64,000 bases of DNA from an uncultured Gemmatimonadales bacterium (GTDB lineage: Bacteria > Gemmatimonadota > Gemmatimonadetes > Longimicrobiales > Gaopeijiaceae), in the NCBI GenBank assembly GCA_963823035.1, contig CAWGKG010000007.1, positions 160,001 through 224,000 of the forward strand, given 5' to 3'. Positions within the stretch are counted from its first letter, which is position 1. Each line of letters starts with the position of its first letter. The notes under the pieces were generated by a model. The model had not been told where the DNA came from and did not search any database. It saw only the letters and a list, made by a program, of their open reading frames with translations. A program made the position numbers and the translations under genes. Of this stretch, positions 21,436 through 30,638 are shown one piece after another.

Positions 21436-22507
21436 GGTGGCGCACCACGGCCTCGAGGCTTCTCGTCTCCTCGTAGACGCGAAGCTGCCGGTCGGCGCTG
21501 GAGCCCTCCTCCAGGATGCGCTCCACGTACGCGATCTGGTCGCGCGATCCCAGCTCGTCGAGCACGTCCTCGACGAAGTCCACCAGCTCGTGGATCATGT
21601 CGCGCGTCGCGACCTCCCTGCTCTTGCCGAGGTCGACGAGCTTCCCGTCCAGCCCGTAGCGCGCCGCGCGGAACTTGTTCTCCTGCAGGAGCTCGAGCGA
21701 ATAGGGGCGGAAGGTGAGGTTCTCGCTCCGGAGCTTCCACATCTTGGCCACGATGGCCTGGGTGAGGGCCGCCAGGCAGACGACCTCGTCGACCTGCGTT
21801 CCCATGTCGCAGATGCGGAACTCCAGCGTGGGATAGGCGTGCGAGGGGCGGAGGTCCCACCACAGCTTGGACGCATCCTGCATGGAGTTCGCCCCGACGA
21901 GCGTCGAGACCAGGTCCTCGTACTCGGCCCAGGTGCAGAACGCCGGCGGCACCCCCGAGCGGGGGAACTCCCGCCACACGCGGGTGCGGTAGGATTTGAG
22001 CCCCGTGTTGCGCCCCATCCAGAAGGGAGAGCTGGTCGACAGGGCGAGGAGGTGCGGGAGGAAGTATCGGGCCACGGTCATCGTGTCGATGAGGAACGCC
22101 CGGTCCTCGATCCCGACGTGGATGTGGGTCCCGAAGATCAGGTTCCTCCGGGCCACGTCCTGCAGGTCCTCCTCCAGCCCCAGGTAGCGATCCATCGGCG
22201 TGATCGGGGATTCGATCCAGGAGGAGATCGGATGGGTTCCCGAGGCCATGATCCGCAGGTCGTGCCGACCCGCCAGCGCGGTGACGGCGGTGCGCAGACG
22301 CACGATCTCCGAGCGTACGTCCAGGGGCGTCGCGCACACCTCGGTCCCGACCTCCACGGTGGACTGGTGGAGCTCGGGCTTGATGCCCTCCGCCGTGATC
22401 CGACCCTCCTCGAGGACCCGTGTGATGTAGGGGTGCAGGAGGCAGGTGTCGGGATCGACGACCTGATACTCCTCCTCGACGCCCAGGGTGAGGGAAGGCG
22501 GCTTCAT
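21326..22507 (-). CDS. Carboxylate-amine ligase (YbdK / glutamate-cysteine ligase family 2)
   Basis: TLGVEEEYQVVD, ASGTHP, FGTHIHVG, STSSPFW, WWDLRP, TLEFRICD, ENKFRAARYG; exact 3' end uncertain. Confidence 0.92.
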   Translation of the reverse strand: MKPPSLTLGVEEEYQVVDPDTCLLHPYITRVLEEGRITAEGIKPELHQSTVEVGTEVCATPLDVRSEIVRLRTAVTALAGRHDLRIMASGTHPISSWIESPITPMDRYLGLEEDLQDVARRNLIFGTHIHVGIEDRAFLIDTMTVARYFLPHLLALSTSSPFWMGRNTGLKSYRTRVWREFPRSGVPPAFCTWAEYEDLVSTLVGANSMQDASKLWWDLRPSHAYPTLEFRICDMGTQVDEVVCLAALTQAIVAKMWKLRSENLTFRPYSLELLQENKFRAARYGLDGKLVDLGKSREVATRDMIHELVDFVEDVLDELGSRDQIAYVERILEEGSSADRQLRVYEETRSLEAVVRHLMEETTRGCCPPEDPTARAEDRPDAPGSSAHSPPAP

Positions 22508-22633
22508 GGGACCCCCGTGATGAGCACGGCCCGGGCAGGGCCCCGGTGTCGGGGAAGCTCTCTTGATTCTACAGGGACGGTGCGTGGAGGGTCCCCACTT
22601 CCCGGATCTCCTCCTCCTTGCTCCGGGTGGATC

Positions 22634-22672
22634 TTCGGGCTACCTTCGGTGAAAGATTCGGTTTCTGTTCGG
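22634..22672 (+). promoter_or_regulatory. Four TTCGG direct repeats (start-to-start spacing 11/12/11), candidate tandem SOS operators
   Basis: TTCGG starts at 22634, 22645, 22657 and 22668 upstream of the imuB-like gene; the same 11-bp-spaced pair lies upstream of dnaE2. Confidence 0.65.
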
Positions 22673-22925
22673 TATTGGCTCCCCGGGCCCGGCGACCCGC
22701 CAAGGGATAGGGATGTGCAGGGTTGGGCCGAGTGCCGTCTCCGGAAGCGGCGCGTGTTCGACGGTGTGGACGTCGGAGGCCCGGGGAGCCAAGACTTTTT
22801 CGTCCCTCAGGTGTCCCGTCCATCCATGTCCGAGCCCCGGCAGCGTGCTTATGGTGTTCCCACCCACCCGGCCATCGGGTGGGATGCCCGGAGCAAGGAA
22901 AGCACGAACCCGCGGGAGGCCGCCC

Positions 22926-24241
22926 ATGGATGGAGCCTCGCCAGGAGCCCCGCGGGGGATCCCGGGGGAAGCACCGTCGCGAGCGGCAGCCGCCAGGCAC
23001 TCTGCCTCTGGCTCCCCACCTTCGAGCTGCGCCTCGAGCTGGTACGCTCGCCCGAGCTGGACAGCGCGTCCGTGGCGCTCCTCGCTTCGGGGGAGAGCGT
23101 CCGCCGCACCGTCTGGCAGGTCTCGGAGCGGGCGCACGACGCCGGGGTGCGGCCGGGGCAGCTCGTCTCCCAGGCGGTGTCGCTCTGTCCTTCCCTCACC
23201 CTCCTGGAGCCCGACCCCGCGCACTACGACGCTGCCACCGAGGCGATGCTCGAGGTGCTGGCCGAGCTCACCCCCGTGGTGGAGCCCGCGGGACGCGGAC
23301 GCGTCTTCCTGGGGATGGACGGGCTGGGCCGGCTCTACGGCTCTCCCCATCGTCAGGCGGAGCGGGCGCTGCGTTCCCTCTTCCGCATCTTCCCCTCCCC
23401 GCTCGTGGCGGCCACCCGCGCCGGGATGGCGCCCGGGAAGTTCGGCGCGTGGGTGGCGGCGGCCTCCGCGCGGCCGGGGGAGCCGACGATCGTCTCCGAG
23501 GAGGATCTCTCCCGTTTCCTGGCCTCGTGCCCGGTGGCCGCGCTCCCCGTGGACCCGCTGGCCGTCCAGCGACTCGAGCGGCTGGGCATCGCCACGCTGG
23601 GTGCACTCCGCCGCTTTCCGGAGCCCTCGCTCATCGCCCAGTTCGGCGAGGAGGGACGGAGCGCCCTGGCCTGGGCCACCGGTCGGCGCATCGACCCGGT
23701 GCACCCCTTCCACCGCCCCCGCCCCATCCGGGTCTCCCTGGACTTCCCCACCCCCGTGGGGCTCGCCGAGACCCTCCACGGCGCCCTGGACCGACTGGTG
23801 GAGCGCGCGCTGTCCCGCCCCGCACGCCGGGGGCGCAGCGTGACGGCGGTACGGCTGGGCGCCTACCTCGAAGGAGGAGGCTCCTGGTTCGTGGAGACGG
23901 TCCTGCGCGAGCCCACGGCCGAGCGGCCGAAGATCGCCTTTCCCCTGCGGGGCAAGATGGCCATCTCCCCTCCTCCGCGGGCCGTGGAGACCCTCCTCGT
24001 GGAGCTCACCCGCTTCGGCGCCCCCTCCTCCCAGACCGATCTCTTCGATCGGAAGGAGGAGGGTGGGAGAGCGGCGGGCGGGCGGGATCTTGCGCGCGGC
24101 GAAGTCCCTTTCTCCCTTAAAGATGCGGTCAAAGAGTTGAAGTTACGTCTAGGACATTCCCCCCTCTACCGCGTGGTGGAGGTCGACCCCTGGTCGAGGA
24201 TCCCCGAGCGCCGCCATGCCCTGCTGAGCTTCGATCCATGA
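22926..24241 (+). CDS. imuB: ImuB-like, catalytically degenerate Y-family polymerase homolog (probable frameshift near 22997)
   Basis: ALCLWLPTFEL, GVRPGQLVSQAVSLCP, LERLGIATLGAL; catalytic acidic residues absent (VEPAGRGRVF where active Y-family enzymes have S.DE); ATG 22926 has a GGAGG RBS but is out of frame. Confidence 0.78.
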
Positions 24242-24507
24242 GCGACGGTCCGAACCTCCGCCCGCTGGGGAGCCCCCGCCTCGTCGACGTGCGTACCGAC
24301 GAGGCGGGCGAGCCCACGCACGTCCGCCTCGCGGGGAGGCCGGCCCGCCGGGTGGAGGCCGTGCGCGAGCGCTGGCGCATCGACGACGAGTGGTGGCGCA
24401 CCCCCCTCTCGCGTGAATATCGGGCCGTGGTCCTCGACGACGGCCGCCCGCTCACGCTCTACCACGACCTCCTGGACGGCCGCTGGTACGTTCAGAAGGG
24501 TGAGTGA
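24238..24507 (+). CDS. Small ImuB-associated protein (DUF6504-like)
   Basis: VEAVRERWRIDDEWWR...REY...LYHDLLDGRWY resembles ImuB C-terminal/DUF6504 proteins; ATGA-coupled to imuB. Confidence 0.75.
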   Translation: MSDGPNLRPLGSPRLVDVRTDEAGEPTHVRLAGRPARRVEAVRERWRIDDEWWRTPLSREYRAVVLDDGRPLTLYHDLLDGRWYVQKGE

Positions 24508-25219
24508 CCCCGTGCCCCGCTCCCCCGCCCCCGTGATCCTGCGCGTCGAGCCGATCCGCCCGCGCGGGCTCCGCGTCCGCCTGCACCTCGATCGAGGAGA
24601 GCCGCTGGAGGTGGCGCTGGAGGCGATCGAGCGCCTGGGGCTGGGGGTAGGCGACGACCTCCCCGCCAACCGACGCCATCACCTGCTGGACGCCGACGCC
24701 GACGTCCGCATCCGCGACGCCGCCCTCTCCCTCCTCTCCCACCGGGCCCGCACCCGCTCGGAGCTTCGCCGCAGGCTCGTCGGCAAGGGATTCCAACCGG
24801 CGCGCGTCGACCACGCCCTCGATCGTCTGGAGGCGCGAGGGCTCCTCGACGACGCAGCCGTCGCCGCGGCCTTCGTCCGTGACCGCATCCGCCACCGGCC
24901 CCGCGGACCCGTACGCCTGACCCAGGAGCTCAGGGCCAAGGGCGTGCAGCCGGAGATGGCCGAGCGCGTGGTGGAAGACGTCCTCGAGGACGAAGCGCTC
25001 AGCGAGGCCGATCTGGCCCGCCGCGTCGTGGAGGGGTGGCTCCGGCGCCAGGGTGCGGCCACGCTCCGGGGGCTCACCGCGTCGCGGGGCACGCCCGAGG
25101 CGGAGAAGGTCCGGCGCCGGCTGCACGGATACCTCGCGCGCCGGGGCTTCCGCGGCGAGGCTCTCGGCCGGGCCGTGGACACGGCCGTCGCCCTCGCCGG
25201 CGCGCCGCAAGATCGCTAG
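24500..25219 (+). CDS. recX: Regulatory protein RecX
   Basis: AALSLLSHRARTRSELRRRL, GLLDDAAVA, GPVRLTQELRAKGV, GYLARRGF. Confidence 0.9.
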   Translation: MSDPVPRSPAPVILRVEPIRPRGLRVRLHLDRGEPLEVALEAIERLGLGVGDDLPANRRHHLLDADADVRIRDAALSLLSHRARTRSELRRRLVGKGFQPARVDHALDRLEARGLLDDAAVAAAFVRDRIRHRPRGPVRLTQELRAKGVQPEMAERVVEDVLEDEALSEADLARRVVEGWLRRQGAATLRGLTASRGTPEAEKVRRRLHGYLARRGFRGEALGRAVDTAVALAGAPQDR

Positions 25220-25242
25220 CTAGCGATCCGCCCCGGAGTCGG

Positions 25243-25905
25243 TCATCCGCCGCGGCGCATCACCGAGAGATCCCAGGAGAGCCCGACCATGAGCTCGTCG
25301 AAGCGCTCGTCGCCACAGAACGGCACGTTGGCGCTCGCCGTCGGATCCTCGGGATCGACGCATCCCCTGAGCCGCACCCAGTGCGACGCGTAGCTCCCGC
25401 GCAGACGCAAGGGCAGGCCCGCCAGCGGCGTGACGTCCAGGGAGAGAAGCCCCAGGTAGCCGATCTGACCACCGTTCGGGACGTGGAAGTCCGCACGCCG
25501 CCCGGACCGTCCGTCCGCCGTTCCCGAGAGGGCGTTGAAGCTCAGACCACCGCCGATCCCGAGCCGGACCGGCGCGCCCGGGAGCACGGCCCGCATGACG
25601 GACAACCTGAGACCGCCCAGCGCCGTGCTGGTGTGGACCTCCTCGGGGCCGCAGTCGATGCGCGGCGAATAGACGCGGCACACCACGCCCGTCTTGAGCG
25701 TCTCGTCCGCGTAGCGGACGAAGGCGAGGTGCAGCAGCCAGTCGCGCACACCCAGGGTGCCCGCGACGGAGAAACCCGTCGGCGCAGGCAGCTCGGCGTT
25801 GGCTGAGGCCGCGCGCACGAAGAGCAGCGAGACCTCCTGCGCGCCTAGGGGACAGCCGAGGAGGAGAAGGGCGGCCGCGGCCACCCGCAAAGACCGAAAT
25901 CGCAT
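25243..25905 (-). CDS. Hypothetical exported protein, probable small outer-membrane beta-barrel
   Basis: Signal peptide MRFRSLRVAAAALLLLGCPLGA, alternating beta strands, paired cysteines, MVGLSW near the C-terminus. Confidence 0.6.
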   Translation of the reverse strand: MRFRSLRVAAAALLLLGCPLGAQEVSLLFVRAASANAELPAPTGFSVAGTLGVRDWLLHLAFVRYADETLKTGVVCRVYSPRIDCGPEEVHTSTALGGLRLSVMRAVLPGAPVRLGIGGGLSFNALSGTADGRSGRRADFHVPNGGQIGYLGLLSLDVTPLAGLPLRLRGSYASHWVRLRGCVDPEDPTASANVPFCGDERFDELMVGLSWDLSVMRRGG

Positions 25906-25995
25906 ACCGGCGATGGAAACTCAGGGACGTCGAAACCTCTCGCACTACTTCGAACTAGAGCAAGATGCGCGAGGTCGAACAAGGCCCTCCCAGGG

Positions 25996-26024
25996 TTGAC
26001 CGACCGGTCGGTCAGCATTAGCGT
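25996..26024 (+). promoter_or_regulatory. Sigma70 promoter (TTGACC-17-TAGCGT) overlapped by the perfect 18-bp palindrome TGACCGACCGGTCGGTCA, a likely TetR operator
   Basis: Palindrome at 25997-26014; the ATG lies 5 nt after the -10 element, implying a leaderless mRNA. Confidence 0.8.
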
Positions 26025-26029
26025 GCGCC

Positions 26030-26602
26030 ATGAACCACGAGCCGAGCACGCGAACGCGCATCCTCCACGCCGCGGTGGAGCTGATGGGCCGTGAGGGGCC
26101 CGATCGGTTCACCGCCTCCGCGCTGGCGCGCGAGGTGGGGATGAGCAAGGCGACGCTCTTTCACCACTTCGACACGCTCGACGAGATCCCGCTCGCCGCG
26201 CTCGAGGAGATCTTCTTCGAGTTCCTCGGCGAGGTCGTCGGTGAGGACGGAGCCCTCCCCGACCTCCTGGACCGCTTCGCCCGCGAGATGCGTGCGCTGG
26301 TGGACAACGAGGGCTTCCTGCGCGCGTACTTCGTCTTCTTCATCAAGGGGATGTTCGACGCGCGCTTCCGGGACCGCCTGGCTCACGGCGCGTTCGAGAT
26401 GCACCGACGCACGGTCGATGCGCTCGCGCCCCGTCTCGCGCCCGGCCAGGAACCGGAGGTCACGGCGCGGATGGTCGAGGTCATGCTCGACGGCCTCGCG
26501 CTGCATCACCTCGCGATGGGCGATCACGATGGGCTCGATCGCGTCTGGACACGATTCACCGAGCTGCTCCTCGCGGCTCAGCATCCTCAGGAGTCCTCGT
26601 GA
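26030..26602 (+). CDS. TetR/AcrR family transcriptional regulator
   Basis: N-terminal HTH TRTRILHAAVEL...FTASALAREVGMSKATLFHHF. Confidence 0.93.
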   Translation: MNHEPSTRTRILHAAVELMGREGPDRFTASALAREVGMSKATLFHHFDTLDEIPLAALEEIFFEFLGEVVGEDGALPDLLDRFAREMRALVDNEGFLRAYFVFFIKGMFDARFRDRLAHGAFEMHRRTVDALAPRLAPGQEPEVTARMVEVMLDGLALHHLAMGDHDGLDRVWTRFTELLLAAQHPQESS

Positions 26603-27393
26603 TGTTCCTTCCCTTCCCCGTCGTCGCCGGGCGGGCCCGCGTGCTCGCGACGACCCTCGCGGCGCTCCTCGTCGCCTCCGCGACCGCCGTGCCCGCGCGT
26701 GCCCAGACGGCCCAGGAGATCATCGACCGCGTGGACCGCCTCATGCGGGGCGCGTCCAGCCACGGCAACATGGAGATGCGCATCACCACCGAGCACTGGT
26801 CCCGCAGCCTCGAGATGGAGGTCTGGTCGCTGGGCACGCAGTACTCGCTGGTGCGCGTCACGGCGCCCGCGCGCGAGGCCGGGACGGCCACGCTCAAGGC
26901 CGGCCAGGAGGTGTGGAACTACCTCCCGCGCGTCGATCGGACCATCAAGGTTCCGCCCTCCCTCATGATGGGCTCGTGGATGGGCTCCCACTTCACGAAC
27001 GACGACCTCGTGAAGGAGAGCCGCATGGTCGACGACTACGACATCGAGATCGCCTTCGACGGCGCTCGGGACGGCACCGACGTCTGGGAGTTCGCCCTCA
27101 CGCCCAAGCCCGAGGCCCCCGTGGTGTGGGGGCACATCGAGGAGCAGGTGCGCAAGAGCGACCTGATGCCGACGTGGGTGCGGTACTACGACGAGGACGG
27201 CACGCTCGTGCGCCGCATGACCTTCTCGGACTACAAGCGCATGGGGGGACGCCTCGTGCCGGCGCACATGCTCATCGTCCCCGAAGACAAGCCGGACGAG
27301 AGCACCGCGCTCATCTACCACGACCTAGAATTCGACGTCGGGTTGAAGGCCGACTTCTTCAGCCTGCGCAACCTCCGGGCCCGGGGGCGCTGA
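26599..27393 (+). CDS. Outer-membrane lipoprotein-sorting protein-like (LolA-like) periplasmic protein
   Basis: Signal peptide; APAREAGTATLK, WNYLPRVDRTIK, SWMGSHFTNDDL, FFSLRNL. Confidence 0.85.
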   Translation: MMFLPFPVVAGRARVLATTLAALLVASATAVPARAQTAQEIIDRVDRLMRGASSHGNMEMRITTEHWSRSLEMEVWSLGTQYSLVRVTAPAREAGTATLKAGQEVWNYLPRVDRTIKVPPSLMMGSWMGSHFTNDDLVKESRMVDDYDIEIAFDGARDGTDVWEFALTPKPEAPVVWGHIEEQVRKSDLMPTWVRYYDEDGTLVRRMTFSDYKRMGGRLVPAHMLIVPEDKPDESTALIYHDLEFDVGLKADFFSLRNLRARGR

Positions 27394-27394
27394 C

Positions 27395-28660
27395 GTGGGC
27401 GCGGGCGATGCCGTCTGGTGGCACGTCGCGTGGCGGAACCTCTGGCGAAACCGCGGACGCACGCTCGTCACGGCGTCCGGCCTGGCCCTCGGCTACCTCT
27501 CCGCGGTCGTCATGGTCGGCCTCACGGACGGGATGAGCGCCGAGCTCGTCGAGAACGGCACGCGGCTCCTCAGCGGCCAGGTGCAGGTGCATGCGCCGGA
27601 CTACCTCCCGGAGCGCAGCCTGCACGCCACGATCGGCGGTGAGGACGGAACCGACGTCACCGCGCTCCTGTCGCGCATCGACGCCGACCCCGACGTCACC
27701 GCGTCGGCGCCGCGCCTCTACGGCGGTGGGCTGGTCTCGGCGGGAGACCGCACGGAGGCCGGCGTCCTTCTCGGGATCGATCCCGAACGCGAGCCGCGGG
27801 TCACCACGCTCCTCTCCTCCCTGGACGGGGGGCGCATGCCGCGCGCCGGCGCCAACGAGCTCGTCGTCGGCTCGGAGATGGCCCGCCAGCTCGAGCTCGA
27901 GGTCGGCGACGAGGTGGTGCTGGTCGCGCCTGCCGCGGACGGCTCGCTCGGCAACGACCTCTACACCCTCACGGGGATCTTCCACTCGGGCACCCCGGGG
28001 ATCGACGCGTCGTACGCCGTCCTACCGATCACGGACCTGCAGTTGCTCCTGGCGCTCGATCCGGGGCGCATCCACGAGGTGGCGCTGGACGTCGCCCGGC
28101 CCTGGGACACGGACGCCATCGCGGCGGGCCTCGGAGAACGCCTGGCCGTAGCCGGGCCACCCGTGGACGTGCGCTCGTGGCGCGAGCTTCGCCCCGAGCT
28201 CGCGCAGTCCGTCGACCTCATGGACTCAATGAACTTCCTGATCGTGATCATCATCTTCGGGATGGCCGTCTTCGGCGTGGCGAACACGCTCATCATCGGG
28301 ACGTTCGAACGGAAGAAGGAGTTCGCCGTGGTGCGCGCGCTGGGGACCACGGCCTACGGCGTGGGACGCACGGTCGTCTACGAGGGCATCCTGCTCGGCG
28401 TCCTGGCGCTCGTGACGGGGGCGCTCGTCACCGCCCCCGTGATGTGGTGGTGGCACGTCGCGCCGCCGGACCTGAGCGGCCTCGTGGGCTCCTTCTCGTG
28501 GAGCGGCTCCCAGTGGCGGCCGCTGCTGCGCGTCGAGTACTCCACCGAGACGCCGATCATCGCCGCCGTGGCCCTCTTCCTCACGTCGGTGTTCGCGGCC
28601 CTGTACCCTGCATGGAAGGCGACGCGGGTCCCCCCCGCCGACGCCCTGGCCGACCGATGA
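27395..28660 (+). CDS. ABC transporter permease (FtsX/LolE-like)
   Basis: AWRNLWRNRGRT, FERKKEFAVVRALG, ALYPAWKATRVPPADAL. Confidence 0.92.
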   Translation: MGAGDAVWWHVAWRNLWRNRGRTLVTASGLALGYLSAVVMVGLTDGMSAELVENGTRLLSGQVQVHAPDYLPERSLHATIGGEDGTDVTALLSRIDADPDVTASAPRLYGGGLVSAGDRTEAGVLLGIDPEREPRVTTLLSSLDGGRMPRAGANELVVGSEMARQLELEVGDEVVLVAPAADGSLGNDLYTLTGIFHSGTPGIDASYAVLPITDLQLLLALDPGRIHEVALDVARPWDTDAIAAGLGERLAVAGPPVDVRSWRELRPELAQSVDLMDSMNFLIVIIIFGMAVFGVANTLIIGTFERKKEFAVVRALGTTAYGVGRTVVYEGILLGVLALVTGALVTAPVMWWWHVAPPDLSGLVGSFSWSGSQWRPLLRVEYSTETPIIAAVALFLTSVFAALYPAWKATRVPPADALADR

Positions 28661-29916
28661 AGCTCTACGCGCTCGTCCTCCTCTCGCTGCGCAGCGTCGG
28701 GCGCAACGCGCGCCGGAGCATCCTGACCGCCACGGCCATGGCGCTCGGGCTGGCGCTCCTGATCTTCTCGCGCGCCATCGCCGAGGGTGGCCACGAGCAG
28801 TGGATCGACTCGGCCGTGCGCCTCGGCACCGGGCACGTCGCCATCCAGGCCCCCGACTACCTCGAGACGGGCCGCCTGGAGCACCGGCTGGATTCGGCGC
28901 GGGTGCAGAGCGTCGTCGCCGCGCTCGAGGACCCTGCGGTCGCCCCCCTCGTGAGCCTGTGGGTGCCGCGCCTGACGGTGAGTGGGCTCGCCACCTCGGC
29001 GTCGTCGGCGCTCCCCGTGCGCATCGAGGGGGTGGATCCCGCGCGGGAGCAGACCTTCTCCACCCTTCCCGACCAGCTCGTCGAGGGCCGCTACCTCGAG
29101 CCCGACGACCGTCTGCGCGCTTTCGTGGGCGAGGAGCTGGCACGCCGCCTCGACCTGAAGGTGGGCTCCCGCTTCGTGCTCACCGCGCAGGTGGCGTCCG
29201 GCCAGGTCGAGGGGCAGATGATGCGCGTGGCCGGGATCTTCCACACGGGGATCCAGGAGATGGACGAGGGGCTTGTCCACGTCCCGATCGCCACGATGCG
29301 CCGATGGCTGGGCGTCGCCGGGGCGGCCACCACCGTCGCCGTGCTCCTGAAGCGCACCCGCGCGACGGACGGCGTGGTGCGCCGCCTCGCTCGGGAGTTG
29401 GACGGCGCGAAGGGTATCCGGGTCCTCGGGTGGCGGCAGGCCTCCCCCGAGATGGACTCGGCGGTGCGCATCGACGACTACGGCGACTACGTCTTCCACG
29501 CCATCCTCTTCGCCATCATCGCGCTGGCCATCCTCAACGCGGTCATGATGTCCGTGCTCGGACGAAGGCGGGAGTTCGGGATCCTGCAGGCGCTCGGTCT
29601 CACCGGCGGTGAGACGGGGCTGGTGGTGATGGGCGAGGGCCTCTGCCTCACGGCCGCCTCCGGGCTGATCGGGATGGTGGCCGGCTTCGTCTTCACCTGG
29701 GTGTTCTTCCGCCACGGGCTCGACTTCAGCGCCTTCATGGAGAGCATGACGGCCTCGGGCGGCGTCATCAATCCGGTGATCGTTCCGGTGTTCCGCATGG
29801 ACCAGGTGTTCCTCTCGGTCGTCTCGATCCTGGTGATCGGGACCCTCGCGTCCCTCTATCCGGCCTTCCGGGCGACCCGTCTCGACGTCGCCGAGGCCAT
29901 GAAGTTCGAGCAATGA
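28657..29916 (+). CDS. ABC transporter permease (FtsX/LolC-like)
   Basis: ATG 28657 overlaps the upstream stop; RRREFGILQALG, SLYPAFRATRLDVAEAM. Confidence 0.92.
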   Translation: MKLYALVLLSLRSVGRNARRSILTATAMALGLALLIFSRAIAEGGHEQWIDSAVRLGTGHVAIQAPDYLETGRLEHRLDSARVQSVVAALEDPAVAPLVSLWVPRLTVSGLATSASSALPVRIEGVDPAREQTFSTLPDQLVEGRYLEPDDRLRAFVGEELARRLDLKVGSRFVLTAQVASGQVEGQMMRVAGIFHTGIQEMDEGLVHVPIATMRRWLGVAGAATTVAVLLKRTRATDGVVRRLARELDGAKGIRVLGWRQASPEMDSAVRIDDYGDYVFHAILFAIIALAILNAVMMSVLGRRREFGILQALGLTGGETGLVVMGEGLCLTAASGLIGMVAGFVFTWVFFRHGLDFSAFMESMTASGGVINPVIVPVFRMDQVFLSVVSILVIGTLASLYPAFRATRLDVAEAMKFEQ

Positions 29917-30638
29917 GCGCAACGAACGGAGCCGCACCCGCCGTCCGGACGGAGGACGTCTGGAAGGTGTATCCGCAGGAGCCCACCCCGGTCGAGGCGG
30001 TGCGTGGCCTCTCGTTCGAGGTCGCGACCGGCGACTTCGTGGCGATGGCCGGTCCGTCCGGCTCCGGCAAGACGACGGTCCTCAACCTCCTGGGCGCCCT
30101 CACCCGCCCGACGCGGGGTCGCATCTGGATCGACGACCGGGAGCTCACGGCGATGGACCCGAAGCACCTGGCGCGCCTCCGCCTGGAGCGAATCGGCTTC
30201 GTCTTCCAGGCCTACAACCTCCTCCCGGTGCTGTCCGCGCTGGAGAACGCGGAGTTCACTCTGCTGCTTCGTGGCGTCCCCGCCGAGGAGCGCCGACGCC
30301 GCGTACGCGCGCTGTTCGCGGAGATCGGCCTCGAGGGGATGGAGGATCGACGCCCCTCCAAGCTCTCCGGGGGTCAGCAGCAGCGTGTCGCCGTCGCGCG
30401 CGCCGTGATCGGCGACCCTGCGCTCGTCCTGGCGGACGAGCCCACCGCCAACCTCGACTCGGTGACCTCGAACGCGCTTCTCGACGTGATGGAGCGCCTG
30501 AACCGCGACCACGGCACCACCTTCGTGTTCTCCACGCACGACCCGCGCGTGATGGAGCGCGCGCGCCGCCTGGTGCGCCTCGTCGACGGGCGCATCGAGT
30601 CCGACGAGCGGCACGGTCCGGCCCGCGAGACGCGATGA
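29913..30638 (+). CDS. ABC transporter ATP-binding protein (LolD-like)
   Basis: GPSGSGKTT, IGFVFQAYNL, LSGGQQQRVA, LADEPTANLD, STHD. Confidence 0.95.
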   Translation: MSATNGAAPAVRTEDVWKVYPQEPTPVEAVRGLSFEVATGDFVAMAGPSGSGKTTVLNLLGALTRPTRGRIWIDDRELTAMDPKHLARLRLERIGFVFQAYNLLPVLSALENAEFTLLLRGVPAEERRRRVRALFAEIGLEGMEDRRPSKLSGGQQQRVAVARAVIGDPALVLADEPTANLDSVTSNALLDVMERLNRDHGTTFVFSTHDPRVMERARRLVRLVDGRIESDERHGPARETR

